A stretch of 64,000 nt of DNA from Spirochaetota bacterium. Its GTDB lineage: Bacteria > Spirochaetota > UBA4802 > JAFGJZ01. Where the stretch lies: the NCBI GenBank assembly GCA_035395685.1, contig DAOPBR010000004.1:2059-66058 (forward strand), in the 5' to 3' direction. This document shows, piece by piece, positions 19,655 to 29,851 of the stretch; position 1 is the first letter of the stretch; each line of letters begins with the position of its first letter. The position numbers and the translations under genes are program-made. Below the pieces are notes generated by a model. The model was not told the DNA's origin and ran no database searches. It was given only the letters and a program-made list of their open reading frames with translations.

Positions 19655-20238
19655 CGGGGAATTATTCTTCAGGAAAAAGTACTGTTTGCTCGTTTTTCGA
19701 AGAGCTTGGAGGGGCGATAATCGATACTGATATTATTGCCCGGCAGGTTCTTGAAAAAGGAAGTAATGGACTAAAAAAAATTACAGAGTCATTCGGGGAA
19801 GAATTTATTCGTCCGGACGGCGAACTTGACAGAAGAAAGCTTGCTTACCATGTTTTTAAATCCGAAGAGCTCACGAAGAAACTGAATTTAATCGTTCATC
19901 CGCTTATTACTGATATTGTAATAAAAGAAAGTATCGGAAATGACAGAATATATTTTATTAATGCACCTCTGCTTTTTGAGGCAAAATTGAATCCTCTCAT
20001 GGAGAAAAATATAATAGTTGTTGCCGAAGAGAACCTAATGATCGAAAGGGGCATGGCTAGAGATAAGCTGTCGGAGGAAGAAATACGGGATCGTCTTTCC
20101 CGCCAATTTTCTGTTAAGGAAAAAATCAAATTTTCCGATTATGTAATATATAATTCTGGAGATTTAACAGAAACAAGACGGCAGGTGGAAGATATATGGA
20201 AAATTTTAATGAGTCTTTTCAGCAGCAAAAACCTATAA
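19639..20238 (+). CDS. coaE: Dephospho-CoA kinase
   Basis: N-terminal P-loop GVTGNYSSGKST and CoaE-like length; overlaps upstream gene by 16 nt. Confidence 0.85.
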   Translation: MRVGVTGNYSSGKSTVCSFFEELGGAIIDTDIIARQVLEKGSNGLKKITESFGEEFIRPDGELDRRKLAYHVFKSEELTKKLNLIVHPLITDIVIKESIGNDRIYFINAPLLFEAKLNPLMEKNIIVVAEENLMIERGMARDKLSEEEIRDRLSRQFSVKEKIKFSDYVIYNSGDLTETRRQVEDIWKILMSLFSSKNL

Positions 20239-21005
20239 GAAAAGAAGTTAAGGAAAAGAGCATTTATTCCCTTAATCTTGACGGGACAAGAATCGCTATT
20301 TTATGCTTTATAATTGTAGCGATAGTTGCGGTTACATTCCTTATCGGAATGAAAATATCTGATGATGAATCAGTTCAGCTTCCTGAAGCTGTGACTACGC
20401 CAACAGACAACGGATTTATATCGGGAGACCCTCTGAGCACCATTCCTGATGAAGTTCCTTCTTCGGGAGCACAGACAGATTTGAGTTCAAAAGAAACTGG
20501 TGTTCAGTCTGTTAAAGATCCCTTATTTGCCGAAAATCAGAATGTGAAAACTGATTTGGATGAGAAGGAAGAAAAGACAATTCTTTCTGCAAAGAATAAT
20601 GAAAGTCCGGTTCGCAGCTCAAAACCGAAAATCTCGTCAAAACCCAAGAAAAACAATAAATATGCTTCATCTAAAAAGCATGAATCAGCGGTAAAAAATA
20701 CAAATGTAAAACCTGCATTTGCTTCAGTCAGCAGAAAGAATCATGAAGAGCGCATCTCGGTTTCAAAAGGAAAATTCGCGGTTCAGGTAGCCTCTTTTGA
20801 TACTTTGTCAAAAGCCAAATCGGAAGTTGCATATCTGAAATCTATTCATTTTGATGCTTATATTGATAAGACAAGTGTTGACGGACAGATGTTTTTTAGA
20901 GTCAAAATTGGACGTCTTGCGACTAAATCAGAAGCTTCTGATCTTCTTGATAAAGTTCAGGAAGAAAGCAGATATTCTGAATCGTTTATAGTTAAAGAAA
21001 TATAA
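20196..21005 (+). CDS. SPOR-domain cell-division/septal-PG-binding protein (N-terminal TM, low-complexity linker, C-terminal SPOR)
   Basis: C-terminal FAVQVASFDTLSKAKSEVAYLKS...FFRVKIGRLATKSEASDLLDKV. Confidence 0.75.
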   Translation: MENFNESFQQQKPIRKEVKEKSIYSLNLDGTRIAILCFIIVAIVAVTFLIGMKISDDESVQLPEAVTTPTDNGFISGDPLSTIPDEVPSSGAQTDLSSKETGVQSVKDPLFAENQNVKTDLDEKEEKTILSAKNNESPVRSSKPKISSKPKKNNKYASSKKHESAVKNTNVKPAFASVSRKNHEERISVSKGKFAVQVASFDTLSKAKSEVAYLKSIHFDAYIDKTSVDGQMFFRVKIGRLATKSEASDLLDKVQEESRYSESFIVKEI

Positions 21006-21027
21006 ATATATCAACAGCTGGATACGA

Positions 21028-21057
21028 AGGCAGACTGAACAGGTCTGCCTTTTTTAT
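21028..21057 (+). terminator. Rho-independent terminator after SPOR gene
   Basis: GGCAGAC...GTCTGCC hairpin then TTTTTT. Confidence 0.7.
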
Positions 21058-21135
21058 ATAATCAGTGTTTTTCGGCGTAATGTAAAATATTTGACAGGTG
21101 AAAAATCTGAATAACACTTATGTAATATCAATTTA

Positions 21136-22560
21136 TTGCCGGAGTGTAAGATGGTTTTAATTTCCCATAAGATCAAAATGTTTATATCGGTAACATTTTT
21201 CCTTATACCGCTATTCCTTCATCAGGAGGCGGAATCATCAACCGCTGGACCTCTTTTTTTTCAGATTCATTTTACTTCAGTGATTTCAAATATATCTTAT
21301 GAAAAGGCCGAACAGATTTTAGAAGGCAAAATCAGCAATTTCAGGGATATCGGGGGAGAAAATATTCCGATAAAAATATTCGCTGAGAAAAAGATATCTT
21401 CATATCTGCGAAAAGAATATCCTCGTCTTAGATTTTATGAATCTGATTTTTTTAAAGCGGTGGAGTATTCCGGTAAAGGTTTTCTCGGAATATGTTCTGT
21501 AGAAGCTTTGAGTCCATGCGCCAAAACGCTTTACATAGACGGTTTATTGCCATGGGGGGAAATTGACTCTGATTATGTTCTCAGTTCATCTTCAGGATAT
21601 CCGCTCAGGCGCGATTATGTGCCCTCCTGGAGTGATTCTGAACATGTCAGCGTGATTCAGACCGGTGTTACTGCTATGACGAGGGCATTTATTCCTGCAG
21701 TTGATAAGGGAGATGATGTCTGTGAACCGGTAAAAGAAACCTGGCGTATAACTTCTTCCGCTGATATTTCTATGACTTCCAACGAAGTTTCATTTGATGA
21801 AAACTGCTCATATCCTTTTCCTAACCGCATGAAGTTCTGCTCTCCTTACCGCTACTTTGAGATATTGAAAAAATCGGGATTTAATATGATTGAACTTACC
21901 GGAAATCATAACAATGATTACGGCCGTGATGATAACACAAAGACGATTGAGCTATATAAAAAGAACGGAATAAATTACTTCGGCGGCGGGCTTAATGAAA
22001 AAGAAGCTTCTGAGATAAAATATATAAATGTGCGCGGTCGCAAATTCGCATTTATCGGATTCAATCAATGGGGGCCTGCTGAGGCATGGGCAAGCGCTGA
22101 TCAGCCTGGAGCATGCAGATTGACTGAGACTAAGTATTTTGCGGCTGTAAGCGAAGCCGTCTCGAATGCTGATTTTGTTTTTGTTTCGGTTCAATGGGGC
22201 AATGAAAACGATCCTGTTCCATATCCCATTCAAAAAGAATATTTCAGAAAAGCGGCAGAAATGGGAGCAACCATAATGGTTTCTTCGTCCTCTCATCGCG
22301 CTATGGGCCTTGAATTTCACAGCGGAAAATTTATATCTTACGGGCTTGGTAATTTTTTATTCGATCAGATGCAGACTGTAAACCACCGCAGAGGAATGAT
22401 TGCCCGGCATCATTTTTACGGAAAGAAGCATATATCGACTGAACTGATACCATACCTCATATATAATCATTCTCAGCCGAGACTGCAGAAGGGAAAAGAT
22501 GCCCAGGAATTGATGCGAGAAGTTTATAAATACAGTTTGGGATCGGTATTTGGAAAATAG
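21136..22560 (+). CDS. CapA/PGA_cap family metallophosphatase-like protein (poly-gamma-glutamate-type capsule synthesis family), secreted
   Basis: TGNHNNDYG, VQWGNE, GNFLFDQ motifs; signal peptide. Confidence 0.7.
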   Translation: MPECKMVLISHKIKMFISVTFFLIPLFLHQEAESSTAGPLFFQIHFTSVISNISYEKAEQILEGKISNFRDIGGENIPIKIFAEKKISSYLRKEYPRLRFYESDFFKAVEYSGKGFLGICSVEALSPCAKTLYIDGLLPWGEIDSDYVLSSSSGYPLRRDYVPSWSDSEHVSVIQTGVTAMTRAFIPAVDKGDDVCEPVKETWRITSSADISMTSNEVSFDENCSYPFPNRMKFCSPYRYFEILKKSGFNMIELTGNHNNDYGRDDNTKTIELYKKNGINYFGGGLNEKEASEIKYINVRGRKFAFIGFNQWGPAEAWASADQPGACRLTETKYFAAVSEAVSNADFVFVSVQWGNENDPVPYPIQKEYFRKAAEMGATIMVSSSSHRAMGLEFHSGKFISYGLGNFLFDQMQTVNHRRGMIARHHFYGKKHISTELIPYLIYNHSQPRLQKGKDAQELMREVYKYSLGSVFGK

Positions 22561-22613
22561 TAATAGACTGCAGTAAACGATATGTTATTTGAGGTCAATT
22601 GGAAGGATAAACC

Positions 22614-24536
22614 ATGAAAAAGTTTTTTATCTATAATAATCAGAAAAATTTATTTCTTAAAAGATTTTTATTAATGGTTATCATTTTTTCTATTGTTAAA
22701 ACACCTGTCAATATATTATATATTCGTGATATTTTGAATACAAATATATCAATATTTTATCGGATTCATTCTGTTGTAGCAATAGTCTCTCATACACTAA
22801 TAGAAATATCTCTGATTTTTGTTGGTATTTTATTTGTTTATAAACTTTTTAAAAAATTACCTCCGCTTTCAGTTTTTGTCTGTGTTTTTACTCTTGATGT
22901 GCTGATTTCAGTTGTCGACGTGATAATACTTTCCATATACGGATTCCACATAAATTCTTATATAATATCGGAGATTCTTCAGCCGAATTTTTTTTCAGCA
23001 AGTGGAATTTCTATTTTTTCATTTATTGCTTATGTGTCTTTTCTTGTGTTATTTGGATTATTGTTTTACCTGACACTTGTTCGCATTCTTAAGAGAGTTA
23101 ATAAGCCATTTGTACTTGCAGAAAAAAAAATATGGAAGCGTATTGCAATATTTGTATTACTTGTGCTCATAATAGAAAAAGTATTTCTCTCCATTAATCT
23201 TATTTATTCTCCGGCTTACACTTCTCAATTAAAAAGAAATATCCCGGTTTTTTATTTGAGCTATATTGTTAGAATACACGAAATATTAACTGAAAAATTA
23301 AAATTGGATATAAAAGATGAAAAAGAAAGTTATGATTTTTTACTTGATTCTACGTTAGATTCAATATATCCAATTGATAAAAATGTTATTTTAAAGCATA
23401 AATATAACGTTCTTCTCCTAATCTTGGAGTCAACCAGATCTGATTATTTTAATAGCGAAAACTTTCCTAACACAATGAAACTTGTTGAAGAAAAGGGATT
23501 CTCTTTCACAAAGAATTACTCGGCATCAAATTCGACTCATATGGGAGTTTTCGGCATTATTTACTCGCTTAATCCCCATTATAGTGAAGAGGTGAAGACG
23601 AAAAGAAAGAAATCTTTTCCATTTGAAGTTTTTAAGAAGAATAATTATAATACATTGTTTTATGTATCAGGAGATTCGTCTTGGCATCATATGGATTATT
23701 TTTTAAAACAGAATTTTGATACAAACAAAGATTATGCTTCTTTTTCTTCAAGCGGATGTGAAAGGGATAGTAGAATGGTGGAGGATTTGCTTTCTGAAAT
23801 TTCATCAGTTAAAAATAATTTTCTATACGGATTATTTTTTGATTCAATGCATTATCCGTATACTTTTCCTAAAGAATTTCAGCATAATAAACCTTTTTTA
23901 GAAAAACCGTTGTCAACTAAAGATTATTTATTTCTGGAAAAATTGCAACCGGAGTTAATTAATTCATATAAGAACAGCCTGCTTTATGCAGATAGTTTAA
24001 TAAACAAAATAATTAATAAATTAGTGAGTACGGGTAAGGACAAAAATACTATTGTAATTATTACATCAGATCATGGCGAGGAGTTTGGAGATCAGGGAAA
24101 CTATTTTCATGCAAGTTCGCTCAATAATTTTCAGACAAAAGTTCCTCTTGCGATTATTGTACCGGATAAATTTAAAAATTTACAAAAACCGGATGTTGTT
24201 ACTTCAAATATGGATATATTTCCGACGCTATTTGATTTGATGGAGGCCGATTATAGTGATAATTTTCAAGGTAAATCAGTTTTTAGACGGACAACGTCAT
24301 CTTTTGTTAGTGTTGCATATCAGGATCGCAGGAGACCTAAAAAATTTGCGGTAATTGGAAATAATGCTAAATGCATAATAAATACAGAAAGTTCAAAAGT
24401 TGTAGAGTCGGTTCTTGATATTGCGGATGATTCTGAGATAGGAAATTTTTCTTCACGTAATCATGTTAATTTTCTTTTTGATGAGTTATTTCAGTTCAAA
24501 GCTAAAGCCAGGCAGGTAAGTAAAAATATAGAATGA
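22614..24536 (+). CDS. Polytopic membrane protein with C-terminal sulfatase-like (alkaline-phosphatase superfamily; LtaS/OpgB/EptA-like) periplasmic domain
   Basis: About 5 N-terminal TM helices; ESTRSDYF, SNSTHMG, TSDHGEEFGDQG motifs. Confidence 0.7.
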   Translation: MKKFFIYNNQKNLFLKRFLLMVIIFSIVKTPVNILYIRDILNTNISIFYRIHSVVAIVSHTLIEISLIFVGILFVYKLFKKLPPLSVFVCVFTLDVLISVVDVIILSIYGFHINSYIISEILQPNFFSASGISIFSFIAYVSFLVLFGLLFYLTLVRILKRVNKPFVLAEKKIWKRIAIFVLLVLIIEKVFLSINLIYSPAYTSQLKRNIPVFYLSYIVRIHEILTEKLKLDIKDEKESYDFLLDSTLDSIYPIDKNVILKHKYNVLLLILESTRSDYFNSENFPNTMKLVEEKGFSFTKNYSASNSTHMGVFGIIYSLNPHYSEEVKTKRKKSFPFEVFKKNNYNTLFYVSGDSSWHHMDYFLKQNFDTNKDYASFSSSGCERDSRMVEDLLSEISSVKNNFLYGLFFDSMHYPYTFPKEFQHNKPFLEKPLSTKDYLFLEKLQPELINSYKNSLLYADSLINKIINKLVSTGKDKNTIVIITSDHGEEFGDQGNYFHASSLNNFQTKVPLAIIVPDKFKNLQKPDVVTSNMDIFPTLFDLMEADYSDNFQGKSVFRRTTSSFVSVAYQDRRRPKKFAVIGNNAKCIINTESSKVVESVLDIADDSEIGNFSSRNHVNFLFDELFQFKAKARQVSKNIE

Positions 24537-24619
24537 ATATTTCATGAATTGGGCAATAAATTATTTTTAAAAAAAGAAGTTATAATTATATTAACGAAAG
24601 TAAAACTTTTTTAGGCAAT

Positions 24620-24652
24620 AAAAAACCTCTTCTGAAAAGAAGAGGTTTTTTA
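24620..24652. terminator. Bidirectional terminator: ends 22614-24536 (+) and the 5S rRNA (-)
   Basis: AAAAACCTCTTC-tgaaaa-GAAGAGGTTTTTT perfect palindrome with A/T runs. Confidence 0.75.
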
Positions 24653-24669
24653 TGAATTTATAATTCCGA

Positions 24670-24785
<116 letters not shown>

Positions 24786-24789
24786 ACAT

Positions 24790-24822
24790 TTACCATAGAA
24801 ACCTATGGTGTTTTTTTGTCAA
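24790..24822 (-). promoter_or_regulatory. Candidate promoter of the 5S gene: TTGACA (-35, RC of 24817-24822), weak TATGGT -10, and an intervening perfect hairpin CCATAG-aaac-CTATGG
   Basis: Consensus -35 hexamer 30-35 nt upstream of the 5S 5' end; -10 poor and spacer about 19 nt, so low confidence. Confidence 0.3.
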
Positions 24823-24842
24823 CAAAATTCAGAAAAAAGAAA

Positions 24843-25406
24843 TTATTTTTCCGCGCCAGCAGCTTTTAGTATTTCTGCGACTTCAGTGTTATTCATTTTT
24901 TCAGCATAGAAAAGAGCTGTAGCTCCTGATTGTGTCTTTATATTAAGATCGGCTTTCGCAGTTATCAGAGCAGAAACGGTTTCTTTTTTACCAGTGTATG
25001 CTGCTGCCATTAGAGCTGTTACTTTTTTTGAAGACTGTGCATTGACATCAGCACCTTTAGCGATTAGCTGATTAACTAGTTTTATATTTCCTTTGTATGA
25101 TGCTATCATGAGCGGTGTTACACCATTTGTGTTTTTCTGGTTTACGTCGGCATTTGCCCCAAGAAGTTCGGAAGCAACTTCGTCATTCCCATAATAAGCG
25201 GTAATCATCAAAGAAGACCAGCCCTTTGAATTTTTTGCATTCGGATCAGCTCCTTCATCAAGAGCCTTTTTGGTCTGAGCTTTGTCCCCTTTTTCTGCCG
25301 CAGATACAAGATCAGGGTTTTTTTCCGCATTAATTTTTTTCTGTGAAGATTCGCATCCCGCAAAAACAAGAGTTAATATTGCGGAAAGAAGAACTAACTT
25401 TTTCAT
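24843..25406 (-). CDS. Ankyrin-repeat lipoprotein (4-5 ANK repeats)
   Basis: Lipobox FAGCES; repeated G.TPLM.A...G....V..LL..GADVN modules. Confidence 0.85.
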   Translation of the reverse strand: MKKLVLLSAILTLVFAGCESSQKKINAEKNPDLVSAAEKGDKAQTKKALDEGADPNAKNSKGWSSLMITAYYGNDEVASELLGANADVNQKNTNGVTPLMIASYKGNIKLVNQLIAKGADVNAQSSKKVTALMAAAYTGKKETVSALITAKADLNIKTQSGATALFYAEKMNNTEVAEILKAAGAEK

Positions 25407-25687
25407 CTTTTTCTCCTTATTATTTGTAATAATAGCATTAGACCCGGCTTTAGGGATGATGTCAACATCCTTTTAAAGCTTTAAGCAGCAGAATTGACGA
25501 GTATTTAGAGCATAATGTGCATCAAAGTAATAATTAAGAAGCTTGGTGTGAATAAACTTTTAATGGAAGTTAATTATCCGGAAAGAGAATGTGTGGAATT
25601 CTGTATATACTTAACATAGTCATTATCGAGATAAATTGTCGGGGTTGAGTCAAATTATACTTTCAAAATTTTATCAAAAATAGTATT

Positions 25688-26641
25688 TTGTTAGTAATGA
25701 AAAATAATAACAAAATTGGTCTTGCATTAGGCAGCGGCGGAGCAAAAGGAATTGCTCATATATCGATTATTGAGTTTATAGAAAAAAAAGGTCTTTCAAT
25801 TGACTTCATTTCAGGATCAAGCGTAGGAGCTCTCATTGGTGCGATTTATTTGTGCGGAAATCTTAAAAAATTCAAAAGTGAAGTTATTTCTTTTACTAAG
25901 GCTGATCTTTTTTCGCTTATGTCTCCGGTAATTCCGGTATCGGGACTGATGAATCCCAGAAAAATGATGACTTGGCTTGGAAAATTTATACCGCCTGACA
26001 TTTCAATTGAATCACTGCCTAAACCCTTGAGTATTATTGCTTCAGAATATCATTCGGGCGAACAGGTGATTTTTTCATCCGGAAATCTTTTGAGTGCAAT
26101 ACGGGCAAGTATATCCATTCCCGGAATATTCGAGCCTGTCAGATACGAAAACAGAATTCTTATCGACGGCGGAGTTGTTAATCCTCTTCCGGTTGATGTC
26201 GTAAAGAAAATGGGAGCCGATAAAGTCATTGCGGTGAATCTTCATCCGGCATTGAAAACACATCATAATGAAGTGTCGGCTTCTTTTGCGGAGAGAAGTA
26301 TGGCAGGTAGTACGAAGCCGCGGACTTTGGAAAAAATTTCTGAATTGAGCGAGAAAATTAATTATTCATGGCTTAAAAAATTTGCGTCTTACTTTATTGT
26401 GAAGTCTGACGAAAAAAAGGATGATATGCCGAATGTTTTTGAAGTAATTTTTCAGACTATTGACATAATGGATTTAAAGAATACGGAGCTATTGTTAAAA
26501 TATTCCAAACCCGATCTTCTTCTTGAGCCGAATCTTCTCTCTTTCGGATCTTTGGAGTTTTACCGTTCAATAGAAGCCCTTGTCGAGGGAGACCGTGTCT
26601 GCCGAGAGAAGGAAAAAGAGATAGAAGAACTGTTAAAATAA
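25688..26641 (+). CDS. Patatin-like phospholipase (RssA-like)
   Basis: GSGGAKGIAH (oxyanion) and GSSVGA (GxSxG) motifs, catalytic DGG. Confidence 0.85.
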   Translation: MLVMKNNNKIGLALGSGGAKGIAHISIIEFIEKKGLSIDFISGSSVGALIGAIYLCGNLKKFKSEVISFTKADLFSLMSPVIPVSGLMNPRKMMTWLGKFIPPDISIESLPKPLSIIASEYHSGEQVIFSSGNLLSAIRASISIPGIFEPVRYENRILIDGGVVNPLPVDVVKKMGADKVIAVNLHPALKTHHNEVSASFAERSMAGSTKPRTLEKISELSEKINYSWLKKFASYFIVKSDEKKDDMPNVFEVIFQTIDIMDLKNTELLLKYSKPDLLLEPNLLSFGSLEFYRSIEALVEGDRVCREKEKEIEELLK

Positions 26642-26682
26642 TTGCAAAAAACAGATGTCTTTGCTAAGCTTGGTATGGATTG

Positions 26683-26755
<73 letters not shown>

Positions 26756-26812
26756 ATTATTTTTCTCCGAACTTCCTATCAGCCTGGGTTTACCAATTTT
26801 TGCGGGGCTGTT

Positions 26813-28624
26813 ATGAAATGGAGTAACTTTTCAAAATCAAGATATATTCGTATATTAAGGTTTGCTGTTTGCGCGGCATCCTTAATCTTCATTATTTTCC
26901 GTCATGATCTGCTGAACAAATCACTTTTCGAGAAAAGCATCAAACTTAACGCCGTTCATTCGGTATATTCCGCCGATGACGGATTTTTTGTTATCGATAA
27001 CGGCGTTAACGGTTTCAAGCGGCTAATTAAAATTAATGAATCAGGAAAACGTCTTTATGAGATGAAGGGCGGAAGCCGCGATAGTACTTCTATCTATAAT
27101 TTCTACAAGATGGCCGTAGATAATGCGGGAAATATTTATATAAATAATGTCGTTTATTCTGCGGATGACGGTGAAACTGAAATTTCAGAAATTCAGGTTT
27201 ACTCTCCGGATTTTAAATATCTTCGGACGATCGTCAGGAATGTTTATGATTCTTACATGAGAAAAAAAATAACCGAAGATTATATTTATTCTGCTGCAAT
27301 GATTCCTTCAATTGAGATATCGAAGGAGATATCAGGTGAATATCTCTATTATTATCATTTTGACGAACATAACATGCTCTCTCTTTATAAGACAGATCTT
27401 TTCGGTTCTGAAAAAAATAAAATATTTACGACGCAAATAGAATATCCCATCAATAATATATGCGGCACGGTTCCCGGAAAAATATATTACTCGAATTCGC
27501 GCGGTGACGTAATCCGTATTAATGAAAAAATGGAGCCGGAACTTGTAAAAATTGATGAAAGTCTTGGAGTAGTGTTTCCGTATTCTCTTATGTATGATAA
27601 TGAATATGGATTAATATTCAATGAGCTTTATTCTCAGCGATTAATATCCGTTAAAGAAGGAAAGACAAGTATACTTTTTGATTTCAAAGAACTCTATAAA
27701 AGCGGTTATGCCGGAAATATTTTAATGACTAATTTTGTTTTTTCAAAAGGGAAAATTCTCACATCGGATAAATACCGCGGAAATCTTCTGGAGATCAGGA
27801 AATCTACAAGTGATATCCGGGATATTTATGAAGCGGATTATTTCGTTTATGAAAAAATTCTGAAGGTGTCATATATTATTTCTATAATTCTTTTTGCTGT
27901 TCTTTTTATTTATTATATTAAAATACATGTTTATCCCTTGTTTTCCGGAAAAATGCCGACTATACTAAAAAGGGCGTTTCTGTTTGCGTTGTTTTTTTTC
28001 GTCTATAATTTTGTTTCATTTATATTTTTTCACCACTATATGCAAAAGCAGATAGATTATGAAAGAGATCAGAAATTTCTTTATTTGGCGAAAACTGCAT
28101 CGCGGATAATTGATGCCGGTTTGGTCGATGATATTAAATCACCGAAAGATATTACTTCTGATTCATTTTTAAAACTTTCTGAGCAGATGAAAAAAATATT
28201 GGGAACCGATGAGTCTGATCAGAACATGGGAGTATCCGTTTATATTTATAAAAAACTGAAGAATGTTTACTGTGTAATAGATGCAGATGCTTATGATTTT
28301 CTTTATCCGTATTCTATGAATTCCGGGTATTATGAGACCTTAAATGAGGGTGCCGTAAAAGTTACAAAATATGTCGATGAAAACGGAAAGTGGCTTGCAG
28401 CTACGGCGCCTCTTCGCGGAAAAAATGGTGAAGTTTCCGCACTTGTTGAAATTTCTCAGCCGATTGAATTTATTGAAGAAAGTGAATTGGAAATTAAAAG
28501 CTTTCTTTTCAGGACATCTTTGGTTTTCACGGGTGTTTTCGTAATAATAATTGTTGCATTGTCGTATTCTGTTGGTTATTTCCGTAAAAAAATAAGCAAA
28601 ACTCATCATGGAAAGCATAGATGA
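26813..28624 (+). CDS. Membrane sensor-like protein: TM1, about 330-aa periplasmic repeat (beta-propeller-like) domain, TM2-TM3 hairpin, Cache-like extracytoplasmic domain, TM4, no cytoplasmic output domain
   Basis: ORF 26714-28624 trimmed to Met at 26813 (MKWSNF...) because the upstream part is the tRNA-Ala; hydrophobic segments and Cache-like C-terminal motif GKWLAATAPLRGKNGEVSALVEISQPI. Confidence 0.55.
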   Translation: MKWSNFSKSRYIRILRFAVCAASLIFIIFRHDLLNKSLFEKSIKLNAVHSVYSADDGFFVIDNGVNGFKRLIKINESGKRLYEMKGGSRDSTSIYNFYKMAVDNAGNIYINNVVYSADDGETEISEIQVYSPDFKYLRTIVRNVYDSYMRKKITEDYIYSAAMIPSIEISKEISGEYLYYYHFDEHNMLSLYKTDLFGSEKNKIFTTQIEYPINNICGTVPGKIYYSNSRGDVIRINEKMEPELVKIDESLGVVFPYSLMYDNEYGLIFNELYSQRLISVKEGKTSILFDFKELYKSGYAGNILMTNFVFSKGKILTSDKYRGNLLEIRKSTSDIRDIYEADYFVYEKILKVSYIISIILFAVLFIYYIKIHVYPLFSGKMPTILKRAFLFALFFFVYNFVSFIFFHHYMQKQIDYERDQKFLYLAKTASRIIDAGLVDDIKSPKDITSDSFLKLSEQMKKILGTDESDQNMGVSVYIYKKLKNVYCVIDADAYDFLYPYSMNSGYYETLNEGAVKVTKYVDENGKWLAATAPLRGKNGEVSALVEISQPIEFIEESELEIKSFLFRTSLVFTGVFVIIIVALSYSVGYFRKKISKTHHGKHR

Positions 28625-29448
28625 ATGATGTTCACATACATTGTTTTCAGGACAGAGCAGTTAATTTCAGAGAAGACTATTTTTCTGATGATTTTTTCAG
28701 ATTGCTCTACCAAAGCAATAAAGCGAGTATTGCCGGTTCAGATTACGTAAAAGATTATCTTATCAATTCTAAAACGGAAAAAGCGGTTATACTTTCTTTT
28801 CCCTGGATGAAAGATGAATTTCTTATTGAACAAAATGAATATTTTGCAAGCGTCCGCGATCAATTCGCTGAAGGTATCCATTTTTTCGGTAATATCAGTT
28901 TTAATTCACGGGATATTGAAAGAGATATCGAAAGTTTGATTAATTTAGGTTTTTCCGGCATCGGGGAAATTGCTTTTTATGACGGAAATGTGAGATATGA
29001 TTATCTCGATGAAATTCTTTATTTTGCAGGTCAGGAAAATCTGCCTGTAAATATTCATTTAAATGAAACAGTAGGTCATAACTATCCGGGTAAGTACTTT
29101 ACGGATTTTCAGAAGCTTTCAGATGTTCTCGGCCGAAATGTTAAAACAAATGTAATTCTTTCGCATCTTGGCGGGGGTTTTTTGTTTTATTTTTTAATGC
29201 CTGAAATCAGAAATTCTCTGACAAATGTCTATTTTGATATTTCTGCATCGCCGTTTTTATATTTAGATGATGTTTACAGGACGGCACTTCTTTGTGCGCC
29301 GGGTAAGATATTGTTCGGTACGGATTTTCCTCTTATAGGAAAAGACCGTTATATGAAAACCATTTCCGGGGATTGTGCCCGGGATATAGATTTATCAACT
29401 AATTACTTTTTTGATCATGTTTTAACGGGCAGAATGAAGGAGTCTTAA
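28621..29448 (+). CDS. Amidohydrolase-2 (TIM-barrel metal-dependent hydrolase) family protein, translationally coupled to the upstream gene (ATGA overlap)
   Basis: N-terminal VHIHCF, internal HLGGG, C-terminal D in FGTDFP typical of amidohydrolase_2. Confidence 0.6.
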   Translation: MNDVHIHCFQDRAVNFREDYFSDDFFRLLYQSNKASIAGSDYVKDYLINSKTEKAVILSFPWMKDEFLIEQNEYFASVRDQFAEGIHFFGNISFNSRDIERDIESLINLGFSGIGEIAFYDGNVRYDYLDEILYFAGQENLPVNIHLNETVGHNYPGKYFTDFQKLSDVLGRNVKTNVILSHLGGGFLFYFLMPEIRNSLTNVYFDISASPFLYLDDVYRTALLCAPGKILFGTDFPLIGKDRYMKTISGDCARDIDLSTNYFFDHVLTGRMKES

Positions 29449-29790
29449 AAGTTCTTCTTTACTCATAACAGGCGGTGCAATTTCGTAAAGACCAATTATC
29501 TGGAATATTGTATTGAAGTACTCGTTCGGCAGATATATGACGGTTTTTTTGCCTGAATTTGAAACTTTTTTGAAGAGTTTCAGAAGATCCACTATTCCGG
29601 AGCTGTTTATATAAAAAGATTCTCTGAATTCAATTGCAATGACAGAGCAGTCTGAATCAAGAGCCTGATCGAAATACCGAGTCAGAATTTCCTCAGAATC
29701 AGAAGTAATATCACCGCTTGTGACTATTACGGGAATTTGTTCCAAATATTCGAACGAGCATGTAAGAGGTTTTAGTGAAAATTTATCCAT
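29422..29790 (-). CDS. STAS-domain protein (anti-sigma-factor antagonist family)
   Basis: 122 aa, alpha/beta STAS layout with conserved SSG (phosphorylatable Ser) segment INSSGIVDLL. Confidence 0.65.
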   Translation of the reverse strand: MDKFSLKPLTCSFEYLEQIPVIVTSGDITSDSEEILTRYFDQALDSDCSVIAIEFRESFYINSSGIVDLLKLFKKVSNSGKKTVIYLPNEYFNTIFQIIGLYEIAPPVMSKEELLRLLHSAR

Positions 29791-29851
29791 ACCTCAGAAA
29801 TTAACTGCATATAATAATATCAACTATAATATTTTGCAATTTTTTGGTTAA

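Noticed and set aside
24793-24818. + strand rho-independent terminator (CCATAG-aaac-CTATGG + T7)
   Set aside because: No + strand gene ends here (the upstream + gene already terminates at 24620-24652). It lies between the -35 box and the 5S start on the minus strand, so it was treated as part of the 5S leader/promoter region or an antisense insulator rather than a separate feature.
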